A stretch of 64,000 bases of DNA from assembly GCA_964248365.1 (NCBI GenBank), contig CAXTYC010000001.1, positions 288,001-352,000 of the forward strand. The letters are read 5' to 3'. The stretch's first letter is position 1. Each line of letters begins with the position of its first letter. The position numbers and the translations under genes were made by a program. The notes beneath the pieces were generated by a model, which saw nothing but the letters and a program-made list of their open reading frames with translations, made no database searches and had not been told where the DNA came from. Shown piece after piece: positions 30,330-41,307 of this stretch. The DNA comes from an uncultured Chroococcidiopsis sp. (lineage in GTDB: Bacteria > Cyanobacteriota > Cyanobacteriia > Cyanobacteriales > Chroococcidiopsidaceae).

Positions 30330-32366
30330 TTATTTTACCTGCTTACACAAATCTATGTCTGGCAAAGACATTTCACTAGCGTAGCTCAAGCTTTCGGATT
30401 GATCTTGCTCAGACTGATGGGCTGGCTCGATTGATGTTGGGGGAGTAGGTAATAGCGAGATATCGATTAGGGGCAAAGAAATTTCTACCGTTGTTCCCTT
30501 GCCATAACCAGCACTATAAAGTATAATACTTCCTTCCATAAATTCCATCAGATTGCGGGAAATTGCTAGCCCTAAGCCTGTACCGCCAAACTTACGTGTT
30601 GTTGTGCCATCTACCATGACAAAGGGGCGAAACAATTTGTGCTGTTGCGTTGGATCAATACCTACCCCTGTATCTTCTACAGTCACAACCACCCATGATT
30701 TGCTGTCACTATCGGAATAGTCAATTTTTGGCTTCTTTTGAGTTTTGATGGTGATACTGCCCCTGTCGGTGAATTTAACTGCGTTTGAGATCACGTTGAG
30801 CAGCACTTGCTTGAGTTTAGCTGGATCTGCTTTCACCAAAATTGGCTCTTGAGTGTCCATCATGATTAGCTGCAAGCCTTTTTGCTGAATATGAACAGCT
30901 TGCAGGTTGGTCACTTCCTTGATAATCTGCCGCAAATCAATTAGTTCTGTAACTAGCGAGAATTTACCCGCTTCGATTTTGGCAATATCTAGTAAGTCGT
31001 TAATAATGCCGAGCAAGTGAATTGCTGCTTCATCTGCTCGCTCTAAAAATTCTAATTCTTCTTCTTTGTCATCGCAGCAGCCGTCTCGAACCAGGCGAAT
31101 ACAGCCAATGATGGCATTGAGTGGGGTTCTCAACTCATGGCTCGTCGTGGCTAAAAATTCGCTCTTAGTTTGATTGGAGGTTTGCGCTTCTTGCCAAGCG
31201 GTTTCTATTTCTTCTGCTGAAGCTTTTAATCGCTCTACCATGTGGTCGATCGCTTCTGCTAGTTGTTCGACTTCCCTGATTTGAAAGTTGTGTGGTACTC
31301 GCTCTGCTGCGTGGTAGCTTTGAAGATTTAGGGCATAATCTCGGAGTTTTTCTAAAGGTCTAGCTAAATCACGAGTTAGATAAAGCGTTGCTAAGAGGCT
31401 AGCTCCTAATAAGCCAACTGTCAGCACAATCAGGATAACTTTAATTTCCTGAAGTCCAAACAATGCGTTATCTAGGCGGGTGGCTGCTAGGATAATCCAG
31501 TGTCGCTCGCGATCGCTGGTAATTGGACTGGGAATCACGTTGTAGCCTGCTAGTAATTCTGGTCCGTTTTTGTCAAATGACAAGTGCAAGAAATCTTTTC
31601 GACCTGCGATCGCCCCACTTACAATACTTTTAAGTCGCTGGGCATCTGCTTCTTGAGCGATATGTCGCCCAACTCGACTAGCAATTGGGTGGGCGAGGAT
31701 TGTGCCATTTTGATCGATTATCACCGTCGAGCCTGCTAGCAGCCCTGGTTGATCGCTTTCTTTTTGGTGCAAATCTGACTGCACACTTAGGACGTACTGT
31801 AGTTTTCCGGCGTTATTATAAACGGGCGCTTGGAAAAGTAATTGTAGTTGTCCTTGGGAATTGGTGGGTATTGCTGCTTGCCTTAACTGTTGTAAGTTTT
31901 GATTAACTACTGGCTTGACTTTAATCTGTTTTGGTGCTAATAATATTTGCTGTTGCTGTTGCTGCCAAGCATAATTGGCTTGCGGCGCATCAATCTGTTG
32001 GTTGCCACAGGTACTGGCGTTCAGTTTTCCTGTTTGAATATCTGTAAGTTGAATACACTGGGTATGTGGTGGCAGTTGTGGTGCTAACTGTTCGAGAAAA
32101 GTTTGTATTTGTTGGGGCGAATTGCTACGTAAAACAGTTGTTTGACTTGCCACTAGTAAGCTGGTTTTCAAAGCGGCGATCGCATTACTAATGTTCTCGC
32201 CTTTTTTCACTGCGCTTTCCGTTAAGTTCCAACGGGCAGTTTCCAGCAAGCTAGAGCGTGCTTTCCTATACGTTACTGCCTCCCCAATCAATAAAACCGG
32301 AATCGAGAGCAGCAATATTCTTGATAGCAGGATACGGCGAAAAGAGGATTGACCAGCCTTAGCCAT
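30330..32366 (-). CDS. Sensor histidine kinase (Cache-like periplasmic domain, HAMP, HisKA, HATPase)
   Basis: SHELRTPLN, NAVKFT, DTGVGI, GGTGLGL; two TM helices. Confidence 0.93.
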   Translation of the reverse strand: MAKAGQSSFRRILLSRILLLSIPVLLIGEAVTYRKARSSLLETARWNLTESAVKKGENISNAIAALKTSLLVASQTTVLRSNSPQQIQTFLEQLAPQLPPHTQCIQLTDIQTGKLNASTCGNQQIDAPQANYAWQQQQQQILLAPKQIKVKPVVNQNLQQLRQAAIPTNSQGQLQLLFQAPVYNNAGKLQYVLSVQSDLHQKESDQPGLLAGSTVIIDQNGTILAHPIASRVGRHIAQEADAQRLKSIVSGAIAGRKDFLHLSFDKNGPELLAGYNVIPSPITSDRERHWIILAATRLDNALFGLQEIKVILIVLTVGLLGASLLATLYLTRDLARPLEKLRDYALNLQSYHAAERVPHNFQIREVEQLAEAIDHMVERLKASAEEIETAWQEAQTSNQTKSEFLATTSHELRTPLNAIIGCIRLVRDGCCDDKEEELEFLERADEAAIHLLGIINDLLDIAKIEAGKFSLVTELIDLRQIIKEVTNLQAVHIQQKGLQLIMMDTQEPILVKADPAKLKQVLLNVISNAVKFTDRGSITIKTQKKPKIDYSDSDSKSWVVVTVEDTGVGIDPTQQHKLFRPFVMVDGTTTRKFGGTGLGLAISRNLMEFMEGSIILYSAGYGKGTTVEISLPLIDISLLPTPPTSIEPAHQSEQDQSESLSYASEMSLPDIDLCKQVK

Positions 32367-32790
32367 AAAATATCCCCCAAGGTAGATGCAAAACCCAATA
32401 ATACTTGCTCAACAACCGACTGGCTACATCGATCATTTGTTCACCCGTTTAGAAATAATCAGAGCAGAGAAATATACATCGCGCTTCCGTGATTTATTAA
32501 TATCTACCTCGTCGGTGTTTCAGCTTTCCAGATATTTTGACTGTTTCAACTTTTGTAGCATGGTTGCCCCACTTGACTGATTAATAGTTTTGTCTTACAC
32601 ACCTAGCCATTTGGAAAACAAGAACCAATAAACCATTATAAAGATTTTAGGTATAAAGATTAACTCTAAAAATTTCTGTACTGATGTCAAGCTTTCGTCA
32701 AAACAGAAATATTCTTTCTCCTGGGGTGCTGTTACTTTTAGTACTAATGAGTTGAGATTGCCACTTTTAGGAGTGACGCGCGCAGAATCT

Positions 32791-33597
32791 ATGGTTGATG
32801 AGCGAAAAAATCGTCCTTACACTACGGTGGTTTTAGCAATGAGTGCTGATGGCAAGATTGCTGATGTATTGCGATCGCCTGCCCGCTTTTCCTCCCCAAC
32901 AGATAAACAACACCTAGAACAACAAATCGCTGCCTCTGATGCAGTACTCTTTGGTGCTGGTACTCTTCGTGCTTATGGCACGACTGTGCCAGTTTCTCAT
33001 CCCCAGTTGCTCCAACAAAGAAAACAATGCTCACTACCTCCTCAACCAGTGCAAATTTTAGCTTCCCTACAAGCTAACATTGATCCGCAACTGCGGTTCT
33101 TTCGTCAACCAGTACCTCGGTGGTTACTCACAACATCTGTAGGAGCAAAACACTGGCAAGGACGCTCTGAGTTTGAAAAGATTATTGTGTGTGAGACAAC
33201 GATCTTAAAGGAGGGGCGAGGAGCACAGGGCCACAGGGCCACAGGGGCGCAAGGAGAAACTATAATCCAAAATCTAAAATCTAAAATCCAAAATTCCCCT
33301 AGCCTCTCAATTGATTGGGTAGTTGCCTTACAACAGTTGGCAGATTTGCAGGTAAAACGCTTAGCGGTTCTAGGGGGCGGTCAATTAGTTGCTTCAATGC
33401 TGGCAGCTGATTTAATTGATGAGTTGTGGCTAACAGTTTGCCCCCTAATTTTAGGCGGAGCGTCTTCCCCTACGCCAGTCGAAGGAATGGGATTTGATGC
33501 AGCACTGGCTCCACGTTTAGAACTAGTATCGGTTCAGGCGATAGAGCAGGAAGTCTTTTTACACTATCGCCTGCAACGACAACAACGGGAAGATTAG
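32791..33597 (+). CDS. RibD C-terminal reductase domain protein
   Basis: AMSADGKIA, GAGTLR, LGGGQL, LIDELWLTVCP; ATG at 32791. Confidence 0.85.
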   Translation: MVDERKNRPYTTVVLAMSADGKIADVLRSPARFSSPTDKQHLEQQIAASDAVLFGAGTLRAYGTTVPVSHPQLLQQRKQCSLPPQPVQILASLQANIDPQLRFFRQPVPRWLLTTSVGAKHWQGRSEFEKIIVCETTILKEGRGAQGHRATGAQGETIIQNLKSKIQNSPSLSIDWVVALQQLADLQVKRLAVLGGGQLVASMLAADLIDELWLTVCPLILGGASSPTPVEGMGFDAALAPRLELVSVQAIEQEVFLHYRLQRQQRED

Positions 33598-33732
33598 ACT
33601 AGGCTAAGTGACAGTGGCAAGGGGAAAAGGGAAAAGGAAAAAGGATGAATGCAAAAAGTATAAATTAACAATTCTCCCACTCTCCCACTCTCCCCCTCTC
33701 CCACTCTCTCCCTAGCCCCTAGCCCCTAGTTT

Positions 33733-34956
33733 ATGGTGAAACAACTCAAGCCTCGTTATAGTGTTAGCTGGATTAATAAAATTGGCTCTGTACCTCAAGC
33801 CGAGTGGGATGCCCTAGCCCTTCCGCTGGCTACTCCGTTTTTAGAGTGGGAATGGTTAAACAATCTCGAAACGTCTGGTAGTGCTACAGCTAAGGCTGGA
33901 TGGTTGCCGAATCATTTGACGGTGTGGCGGGAGAATTCGCTAATTGCTGCTGCCCCGCTTTATCTCAAAGGGCATAGTTATGGTGAGTTTGTTTTTGATA
34001 GCCAATGGGCTGATTTGGCACAACGTCTAGGAGTAGACTATTACCCCAAGCTGTTAGGAATGTCGCCATTTACACCAGCCGAAGGGTATCGGTTCTTAAT
34101 TGCACCCCAGGAAGATGAAGATGAACTTACCGCATTGATGGTTCAGGCGATTGACTCTTTCTGCCATCACAACCGAATTGCTGGATGTCATTTCCTCTAC
34201 GTAGACCCCCAGTGGCGAGTGTTACTTGAACGTCACGGCTTCAAAACTTGGTTACATCACAGCTTCATTTGGCAGAATCTGGGCTTTGAGAATTTTGATG
34301 ATTATCTAGGAGTTTTCAACACTAATCAGCGTCGTAATATTAAACGCGAACGCAAAGCAGTGGAAAAAGCAGGCTTGCGGCTGGAAACGCTAACTGGTGA
34401 TGAAATTCCCCAGTCGCTGTTTCCTTTGATGTACAATTTCTATGCTGATACGTGTGACAAATTTGGCTGGTGGGGAAGCAAATACCTAACACGGCGCTTT
34501 TTTGAGCAGCTACACGCCCATTATCGCCATCGGGTGTTATTTGTCGCGGCTTATAGTCAGCAAGATGAGCGGCAACCAATCGGGATGTCGTTTTGTTTGA
34601 CTAAGGGTGATAGACTATATGGTCGCTACTGGGGTAGTTTTCAAGAAATAGATTGTTTGCATTTTGATGCTTGCTATTACACGCCAATTGAGTGGGCGAT
34701 CGCTAATGGCATTCAAACTTTTGACCCTGGCGCGGGTGGACGGCATAAAAAACGGCGCGGTTTTCCAGCTACTCCTAATCACAGTCTGCACCGCTTTTAC
34801 AATCGTCGTCTGGCTCAAATATTACATTCTTATATTAGTGAGGTGAATGAATTAGAACAGCAGGAAATTGCTCAAATTAATCAGGAGTTGCCTTTTAGTC
34901 GGGGTGAAGATATTAAGACGAACCGCAAAGACGCAAAGGACACTAAGGAAGAGTGA
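33733..34956 (+). CDS. GNAT-fold FemAB-like protein (DUF482 type)
   Basis: KGHSYGEFVFD, YGRYWG, LHFDACYY, GAGGRHK. Confidence 0.85.
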   Translation: MVKQLKPRYSVSWINKIGSVPQAEWDALALPLATPFLEWEWLNNLETSGSATAKAGWLPNHLTVWRENSLIAAAPLYLKGHSYGEFVFDSQWADLAQRLGVDYYPKLLGMSPFTPAEGYRFLIAPQEDEDELTALMVQAIDSFCHHNRIAGCHFLYVDPQWRVLLERHGFKTWLHHSFIWQNLGFENFDDYLGVFNTNQRRNIKRERKAVEKAGLRLETLTGDEIPQSLFPLMYNFYADTCDKFGWWGSKYLTRRFFEQLHAHYRHRVLFVAAYSQQDERQPIGMSFCLTKGDRLYGRYWGSFQEIDCLHFDACYYTPIEWAIANGIQTFDPGAGGRHKKRRGFPATPNHSLHRFYNRRLAQILHSYISEVNELEQQEIAQINQELPFSRGEDIKTNRKDAKDTKEE

Positions 34957-35009
34957 GGAAGGAATAAAATTTAAGAGAGGGTGAAAAGTTAGTATTTGGT
35001 TTTATAGGG

Positions 35010-35396
35010 ATGATGGAACAGACGCTTGAGGCTCTAACTGCAATTGATGAAAAACTTTCTAAGCGTCATATTGACCTTGACCCTGGAGGTTATTTCATTA
35101 TCTATTTGGATCGGGATGCAGGGTTAATTTGCGCTAAACATTTCACAAATGTGATTAATGAGCGCGGTTTAGCTGTTGATCCCCAGACAGGTAAACCAAT
35201 TCCCGTGCGTGGTAAGGTAGAACGGACTCATACTAAGGTTTATAAAGGCAGAACTGCAAAAGAAATTTGTGTAGAAATTTTTGAGCAAGTAAAGCCTAGT
35301 CCGCTTACTCGCTTGGATCATGCTGCTTATTTAGGACGGGAATTTGTTCGAGCTGAAATTGCTCTGATAACAGGAAAGGAGTACGTTCAGGACTAG
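35010..35396 (+). CDS. DUF4346 domain protein
   Basis: DPGGYF, HAAYLGRE, YVQD. Confidence 0.85.
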   Translation: MMEQTLEALTAIDEKLSKRHIDLDPGGYFIIYLDRDAGLICAKHFTNVINERGLAVDPQTGKPIPVRGKVERTHTKVYKGRTAKEICVEIFEQVKPSPLTRLDHAAYLGREFVRAEIALITGKEYVQD

Positions 35397-35623
35397 AAAA
35401 AGGGAAAAGGGAAAAGGGAAAAGGGTGAAGGGTGAAGGATAAAGGTTAAAGGGTGAAGGGGGAAAGGGAAAAGGATGAAGGTTGAAGGTAAAAATAATGT
35501 ATTAATTATTCTGTCTTTTGTCTCCTATCTCCTGTCTCCTTCACACTTTACATTTCATACTTCTAACTTCACACTTTACACTTCACACTTTACACTTCCA
35601 ACGAAATACTTTCTAATTGCTTT

Positions 35624-36337
35624 TTACCTAACGTACAGATAGTAAGTTGCCATCGGAATAATGGTGGCAGCTAATAATAGTCCAACTACCCAAGCAGTAG
35701 CGTTACCTTTTTCGGTTTCGTCGGCTTTTTTAAATGAGCCTTCTAGGGGAACTGCTGCAACTTGGGGTGGACCTGGATCGGGTTCGCCGGATAGTACGGC
35801 TACTAAACGATCGCTTGCATCCAGAAATGCTTGATTATATTTTTCCCCTTGGCGCAGTGGTGCTACCAATGTTTCGTTAGCAACGCTATCGGCAATTTTA
35901 TCACTCATTAGCGACTTGACGCGATCGCCTGTAACAATGGCTGTTTTGTTGCTGACTTTATCAATTACTAATAAGGTTTGATTGGCTTGCGCTTCTTTGC
36001 TGGGAAACCATTTTTCAAACAGTGCTTTGGCAAAACTTTCTGGGGTTTCACCGTAGTCAAGGCGGCGAATGGTGACAAATCTGACTTCGTTACCCGTATC
36101 CTGGGCTAATTTTTCTAAGTCACTGTTAATCTTATTTTCGTTGATCCGACTTAAGACTTCTGCTTGGTCGATTACCCAATTGCGATCGCTAGGTGATACT
36201 TGTTGTATTTGATACACATTGGTGGCGCTAGCGGTCGGAGTAAACACCAGTGTAGTTAAAAGCATCAACACTAGCGGGAAAATATAGCGTTGCAAGTAGT
36301 GTTTCCAATTAATCACTTGATTGAGGAGCTGTTTCAT
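35624..36337 (-). CDS. psb32: Photosystem II repair protein Psb32 (TPM domain)
   Basis: Signal peptide, TPM domain, GEPDPGPP, C-terminal TM ending IPMATYY. Confidence 0.85.
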   Translation of the reverse strand: MKQLLNQVINWKHYLQRYIFPLVLMLLTTLVFTPTASATNVYQIQQVSPSDRNWVIDQAEVLSRINENKINSDLEKLAQDTGNEVRFVTIRRLDYGETPESFAKALFEKWFPSKEAQANQTLLVIDKVSNKTAIVTGDRVKSLMSDKIADSVANETLVAPLRQGEKYNQAFLDASDRLVAVLSGEPDPGPPQVAAVPLEGSFKKADETEKGNATAWVVGLLLAATIIPMATYYLYVR

Positions 36338-36601
36338 CGAACTAGCCCAATAGACAACTTTTAACCAAAATAGTACAGCAACTACAGTAAGTAGTGTTGG
36401 TATATGATAGGGAGTAGGTAGGAAAATCCATCAATTTCAAATTTCGACTTTCAAATTTCGACTTTATTTGACTTGTCCTAATCTATAAGACGAGCTGCTA
36501 TAGTTAGAAACTATATTACGATCGCGCCCGCTTGCTTTTAGCTAAACGCTAGCAGCGCGCCCGCGTTCTCGCAATTGATAATTAAGCCGCTCAACTAACT
36601 A

Positions 36602-38392
36602 TTAAACGTCAATATTGGGAATTTCAATCGTGAAGGTTGTCTGCAACGCCCCACTTTCAACTCGGATATGTCCGCCCAGATGTTCTACTAATTTCTGTAC
36701 TATTGCTAATCCAAGTCCGGTTCCACCTTGCTGCCAGCGATCGCTACTAGGAATACGATAGAATTTCTCAAATATGCGCGTCAGACTGGATGCGGGAATC
36801 TCACTACCAGAGTTATTAACGACAAACTCCACTCCATCAGCAGCATCCAATTTTGTGCTAGATGCTAAAGCACGAACTGTAACTGTAATAATACCTGTGG
36901 GTGGGGTGTACTTGCAAGCATTGTTGAGCAACTCCATTAGTATGCGTTTTAGTTTCATTGGGTCGGTTGTTAAGGTCACTGGAGCAATGTCAAGTTGCAG
37001 AGTTTGCTGGCGGGATAGGGCGCGAGCGCGAAAGCTACCTACAATCGGCGGTAGCCACTGGTGTAGCTGCACTGTTTCCAGAGCAATAGAGTCTCTCCCT
37101 GCTTCCAGCCGCTGCAAATCTAGCAGATCGTTAATCAATGTTACTTCGCGATCGCACTCATTGTGCAAAATCTGTAAATAAAGATTGCGTCGCTCTGGCG
37201 TAGTAGCAATTTGCAACATCTGGATAGCCATTTTAATATTAGTTAGAGGTGTGCGTAATTCATGAGAGACTGTACTCAAAAAATCATCTTTAAGTTGATT
37301 GAGCTGCTGTAGCTGTTGCATTTGCTCGTGTAACTGAGCCGTCCGCTCTTGCACTTGACGTTCGAGTCCAAGATTAAGGGTTTGTACCTGCTGGTACAAT
37401 TTGCGTAGCTTTAACTCGGTCTGCTTGCGATCGGTAGCAATAGCACCTAAAATCAAGCCTGTATAGGTAATTGCCATTAAGCCAAACTGCAAAACCAACT
37501 TATTTGCTGCACCGATTTGGGAACCTGCTAGGAACGTCACACCGATATTAATGCATAAAACAGTCGTTGCTGCCCTTGCTAAGCCATAGCGCAAGGCAAT
37601 CCAAATTAGCGGTAAAAAGACAAAATAGGTATAGTCGAGATTTACCCTACGAGGAGCGCCAAACGCGACCCAAATCCCTCCGCTTAAAAGGATAATTTGT
37701 ACTAGCAGCATTAGTAAGCCTTGGCGTGATGGCAAGCTCAGCTCGTCACTTGTGCCGTCCATCCATTCGGTTTCCGGCTCTGTGTGCGCCCAAACCCAAG
37801 GCACTTGACGCAGCACAATCAACAAAAACGGTGCTAGCATCCCGATTCCCGTCGCATCTCCAGCCCAGTACCGCAAGGTATTGATCAGCCAATCTGACAA
37901 GGGGATAATCCCAGCAGAAACGAAGTTTATCGTTTGCAGTAGAGCGATGACGAAGGGGGCGACGAGGGCAGCGACAATAAACCACACTACATCGCGCAGT
38001 TGTCGCAGGCGAGGATTAATCCGCAGCTTTAACAGCAGCAGAGCGCAGGCTCCGGTGTAGCTTAGCGTTGTGATCAAATCGAAGTACAGCAAGGTGATGA
38101 ATGGCAGACCGCGTTTAGTTACAACCCATTCATGCAGCAAGGTATTAAGCGCTAGAGCAATCCAATAGCGCAGCCCACCCACCAATAACAGTACGACATC
38201 AAGGGCAGAGGGCGGATACCAAATTTGCACTTCGGGTGCTAATTCAAAGTGCATCGCTACTAAATCTAGCGCCGTCCAAATCAGGAGATAAAGCGCCAAG
38301 AGTAGCACGTAACGTACAGGCGGTGGTATCTTCCTCTGCCACCTGAATAGTTTTCTAGAAACAACTGAGTTACCTAAATTCGGTCTAACCAT
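36602..38392 (-). CDS. MASE1-domain sensor histidine kinase
   Basis: Multi-TM N-terminus (IWYPP, WAGDATG); SHELRTPL, NACKYT, GGTGLGL. Confidence 0.9.
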   Translation of the reverse strand: MVRPNLGNSVVSRKLFRWQRKIPPPVRYVLLLALYLLIWTALDLVAMHFELAPEVQIWYPPSALDVVLLLVGGLRYWIALALNTLLHEWVVTKRGLPFITLLYFDLITTLSYTGACALLLLKLRINPRLRQLRDVVWFIVAALVAPFVIALLQTINFVSAGIIPLSDWLINTLRYWAGDATGIGMLAPFLLIVLRQVPWVWAHTEPETEWMDGTSDELSLPSRQGLLMLLVQIILLSGGIWVAFGAPRRVNLDYTYFVFLPLIWIALRYGLARAATTVLCINIGVTFLAGSQIGAANKLVLQFGLMAITYTGLILGAIATDRKQTELKLRKLYQQVQTLNLGLERQVQERTAQLHEQMQQLQQLNQLKDDFLSTVSHELRTPLTNIKMAIQMLQIATTPERRNLYLQILHNECDREVTLINDLLDLQRLEAGRDSIALETVQLHQWLPPIVGSFRARALSRQQTLQLDIAPVTLTTDPMKLKRILMELLNNACKYTPPTGIITVTVRALASSTKLDAADGVEFVVNNSGSEIPASSLTRIFEKFYRIPSSDRWQQGGTGLGLAIVQKLVEHLGGHIRVESGALQTTFTIEIPNIDV

Positions 38393-38649
38393 ATGAACTC
38401 ATTGCGGTAGCCCGCACTACCAGGCGCAGGTTAGTAGACTTGCGATAATTCCGCACCGCAGCCAGATACAAATACTCAAACTTAGTATTATCAGCCTACC
38501 AACCTTAGAAAACACCTACTAAAAAAAGTAAAACTAGTAAAGGTGACAACAGCCGCTATTCTAAACTTGAAAATCTGAGAATCTCTGTTTACGTTTATAA
38601 AAAATCACTGTTGTCGGTTGCGTTTATATCAGCCTAACAAAGAAAATTC

Positions 38650-39330
38650 ATGACACTGATTCTCACCAATGATGATGGAATAAATGCTCCAGGTATTCGG
38701 GCGTTGCTCAAAGCTGTCGATGGTAAACAAGTTATCATCGCTGCACCCAAAGATCATTTATCAGGCTGTGGCCATCAAGTTACTACAACTCGACCAATTC
38801 ATGTCCAGCGACAAAGCGAAAATGAGTATGCGATCGCCGGAACTCCCGCTGATTGCATCCGCATTGCTATAACACATATTTGTCAAGATGTCAAATGTGT
38901 GCTTTCAGGTATCAACGCTGGGGGTAACATGGGGGCTGATGTATACATTTCAGGTACAGTCGCCGCCGTGCGGGAAGCTGCTTTTCATGGCATTCCAGGG
39001 ATCGCTATTTCTCACTATCGCAAAGGTAAACGTAATGTAGATTGGGATGTGGCGGCTAGGTGGACTGCTTTAGTGTTAGCTGACTTACTCGAACGCCAGC
39101 CAGAACCAGGAACTTTCTGGAATGTAAATTTACCCCATTTGCTACCAGGAGATCCCGATCCTGAAGTGGTGTTTTGTGAACCTTGTACCCAACCGCTGCC
39201 TGTTAATTATCGCATTGAGGGCGATAACTTTTATTATGTGGGGAATTATGCATCGCGCGATCGCACACCTGGAAGCGATGTAGATGTCTGCTTTTCAGGT
39301 AAGATTGCTGTGACTCGACTACGGCTTTGA
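38650..39330 (+). CDS. surE: 5'/3'-nucleotidase SurE
   Basis: LTNDDGINAPG, GTPADC, SGINAGGN, SGTVAA. Confidence 0.93.
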   Translation: MTLILTNDDGINAPGIRALLKAVDGKQVIIAAPKDHLSGCGHQVTTTRPIHVQRQSENEYAIAGTPADCIRIAITHICQDVKCVLSGINAGGNMGADVYISGTVAAVREAAFHGIPGIAISHYRKGKRNVDWDVAARWTALVLADLLERQPEPGTFWNVNLPHLLPGDPDPEVVFCEPCTQPLPVNYRIEGDNFYYVGNYASRDRTPGSDVDVCFSGKIAVTRLRL

Positions 39331-39391
39331 GCAATCAATTATCAATGTTCGCGCTTGTTGCCGCAGGCTACAATTATCAATTATCAATAAA

Positions 39392-39561
39392 TGCAGGACT
39401 TACACAGCCAGTCCCCCACTCCAGTTAAAAAAGGGCTACTGTGTTCCCCCTTTGATCCCCCTCCCGTCAGAGTTTTTAAGGGGGAAGCCATAGGAGGCTA
39501 CGCCATTAATATTAAGGGGGTTAGGGGGGATCGAGATCCTATTCAAGTGCATAACTCCTGA
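39392..39561. mobile_element. Degenerate MITE-like element
   Basis: Imperfect termini CAGGACTTACACA / TGCATAACTCCTG; internal C- and G-run hairpins (AAGGGGGTTAGGGGGGATC). Confidence 0.5.
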
Positions 39562-39644
39562 AATGATAGAAGCCATAATAATGCGTAAGTGTGTCTCTTG
39601 TTTGCTCTTAATTGTTCATTGATAATTGTTCATTGATAATTGAT

Positions 39645-40748
39645 TTAGCGTTTTAATTCAAGTCTTGCTGTTACTGCACCTGGGTAGTAATATCCTATGA
39701 TTTGGCGATAGTCGTAGCCTTGGGCTGCTAATTTATATGCTCCTGTTTGACTCATCCCTACTCCACCATGAGCTTGAGCTACAATTTCGTCTGTTGAGGC
39801 ATACAGAGATTCAACAATTCCGCCTTTATAACTTATGATTTGTCCGGCTGTGGCTTTGACTGCTTTTTGGGTGGTATTATATTCGCTGTTCATTCCTTTG
39901 TAAACTTGCCAGCGTTCGGTGTTACCCAGGTTGTACCAGGTACTAGCAGGACGAACTAAGTGAACTAAGGCATAGGAACGCGCGGCGACTGCTTGAGCTT
40001 TGAGTGCTTCCTCTGGTGCGCTGGGGTGCATTTCGCTTCCTACTACACTAGAAAGATAATGCTCTAAGTCTATATAGTTGACAGCTAATAATTTATTTTC
40101 TTGAGATAGTAATAATAATTTTCCTCGATACCAGCGATTGCCTACATAAACAGCGCCTCCTTTGGAAGGCGAGATCCACACTGCATTTGGCAGTTGTCCA
40201 CTACCTATGATGATATTTGATTGATAGGGTTGAGCTAAGAAGGCTTGAGATGCTGGCAATTTTTGCAATGCTTTACCGTTGCTAGCCATAATATAAGCAT
40301 CAGTTGATGAGCCAATGGTGAGCGAGTCGACTTTATCTGCGATCGCTACTCGAATTTGGAATGCTGGGGGTGTGTATTGCGGCTTTTTCGCAATTTTCCG
40401 CTGTTTGCGGTGTCTTACCGTCTTTGATTGCTTTTTGGCTAAAAGTTGCGGCTGAGGTGCTGTAGGATGAGTTTTGGGCTGATGAGTCTTATTTGCCCAA
40501 TTAGTTTTATTAGTTTTATTTATAATTTTTGGGATTACTTGTTGTTCCCATTGAGAGACATTTGAAATATTGAGGCTGGATTGATTAGTAGAAGTATTAT
40601 TATATGTATTGACATTATGAGAAGAAGGTGATATAGATTGAGCCAATACCACAGGCAAAAGTAAGGGTGTGGACAACAATGGAATTGACCAAATACCCAG
40701 GCGTTGAAAGGCTTTCGTAACTTGGTAGGTTTTATTAAAAATACTCAT
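39645..40748 (-). CDS. SpoIID/LytB domain protein (lytic transglycosylase)
   Basis: LEHYLSSVVGSEM, ALKAQAVAARSYA, HGGVGMSQ, YYPG. Confidence 0.9.
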   Translation of the reverse strand: MSIFNKTYQVTKAFQRLGIWSIPLLSTPLLLPVVLAQSISPSSHNVNTYNNTSTNQSSLNISNVSQWEQQVIPKIINKTNKTNWANKTHQPKTHPTAPQPQLLAKKQSKTVRHRKQRKIAKKPQYTPPAFQIRVAIADKVDSLTIGSSTDAYIMASNGKALQKLPASQAFLAQPYQSNIIIGSGQLPNAVWISPSKGGAVYVGNRWYRGKLLLLSQENKLLAVNYIDLEHYLSSVVGSEMHPSAPEEALKAQAVAARSYALVHLVRPASTWYNLGNTERWQVYKGMNSEYNTTQKAVKATAGQIISYKGGIVESLYASTDEIVAQAHGGVGMSQTGAYKLAAQGYDYRQIIGYYYPGAVTARLELKR

Positions 40749-40949
40749 AGGTTCACGCGCTTACTGCTTAAACAAAAACTGGCTTACAGTGTGCTGTTGC
40801 CCAATTAGGGGCAAGTTTTACTGCTTTTGATTAAACACACAAGTTTAGTAGTTGAATTAATCGTGCTATTTGTGTAGCAGAACTAAAGTATTTTATCTGA
40901 ATTTTTATTGTAGATGCTGTTTAAATTTGAAATAAATCTACGGTAATTG

Positions 40950-41166
40950 GTAGGGGCGCACTTTAAACCAGTTATTTGTTCTGTTGAAAAGTTGGGGGAG
41001 AGGGGGAAACACAGTCTCTGTCTTGACTCGCTTGGGGGGGCATGGGGTTTTCTCTGGGGATGGGGGGCAGGCGGGGAGACCCCTTGCTAAAAACCCCCCA
41101 ACTTTTCGCGCCCCTCACCCCCACTTTCCGCTTGTTCACAAGTATGTCTGATAAACCCGCGCGTAC
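40950..41166. repeat. GTAGGGGCG...AAACCCGC-type element carrying a nested G-rich insert
   Basis: Shares TGTCTGATAAACCCGC with 17701-17716; inner IR GAAAAGTTGGGGG (40986-40998) / CCCCCAACTTTTC (41095-41107). Confidence 0.55.
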
Positions 41167-41307
41167 GGTAGTTGGTAGTTGGTAGTTAATAATTCTCCCC
41201 TGATTCCCCTGAACCCACTCTCCCCATTACCCATTACCCATTACCAATTACCTATTACCACTGGCTCGTGGGCGCATTGCCCTAAATAATTGTTAGTGTA
41301 GAGCCAT

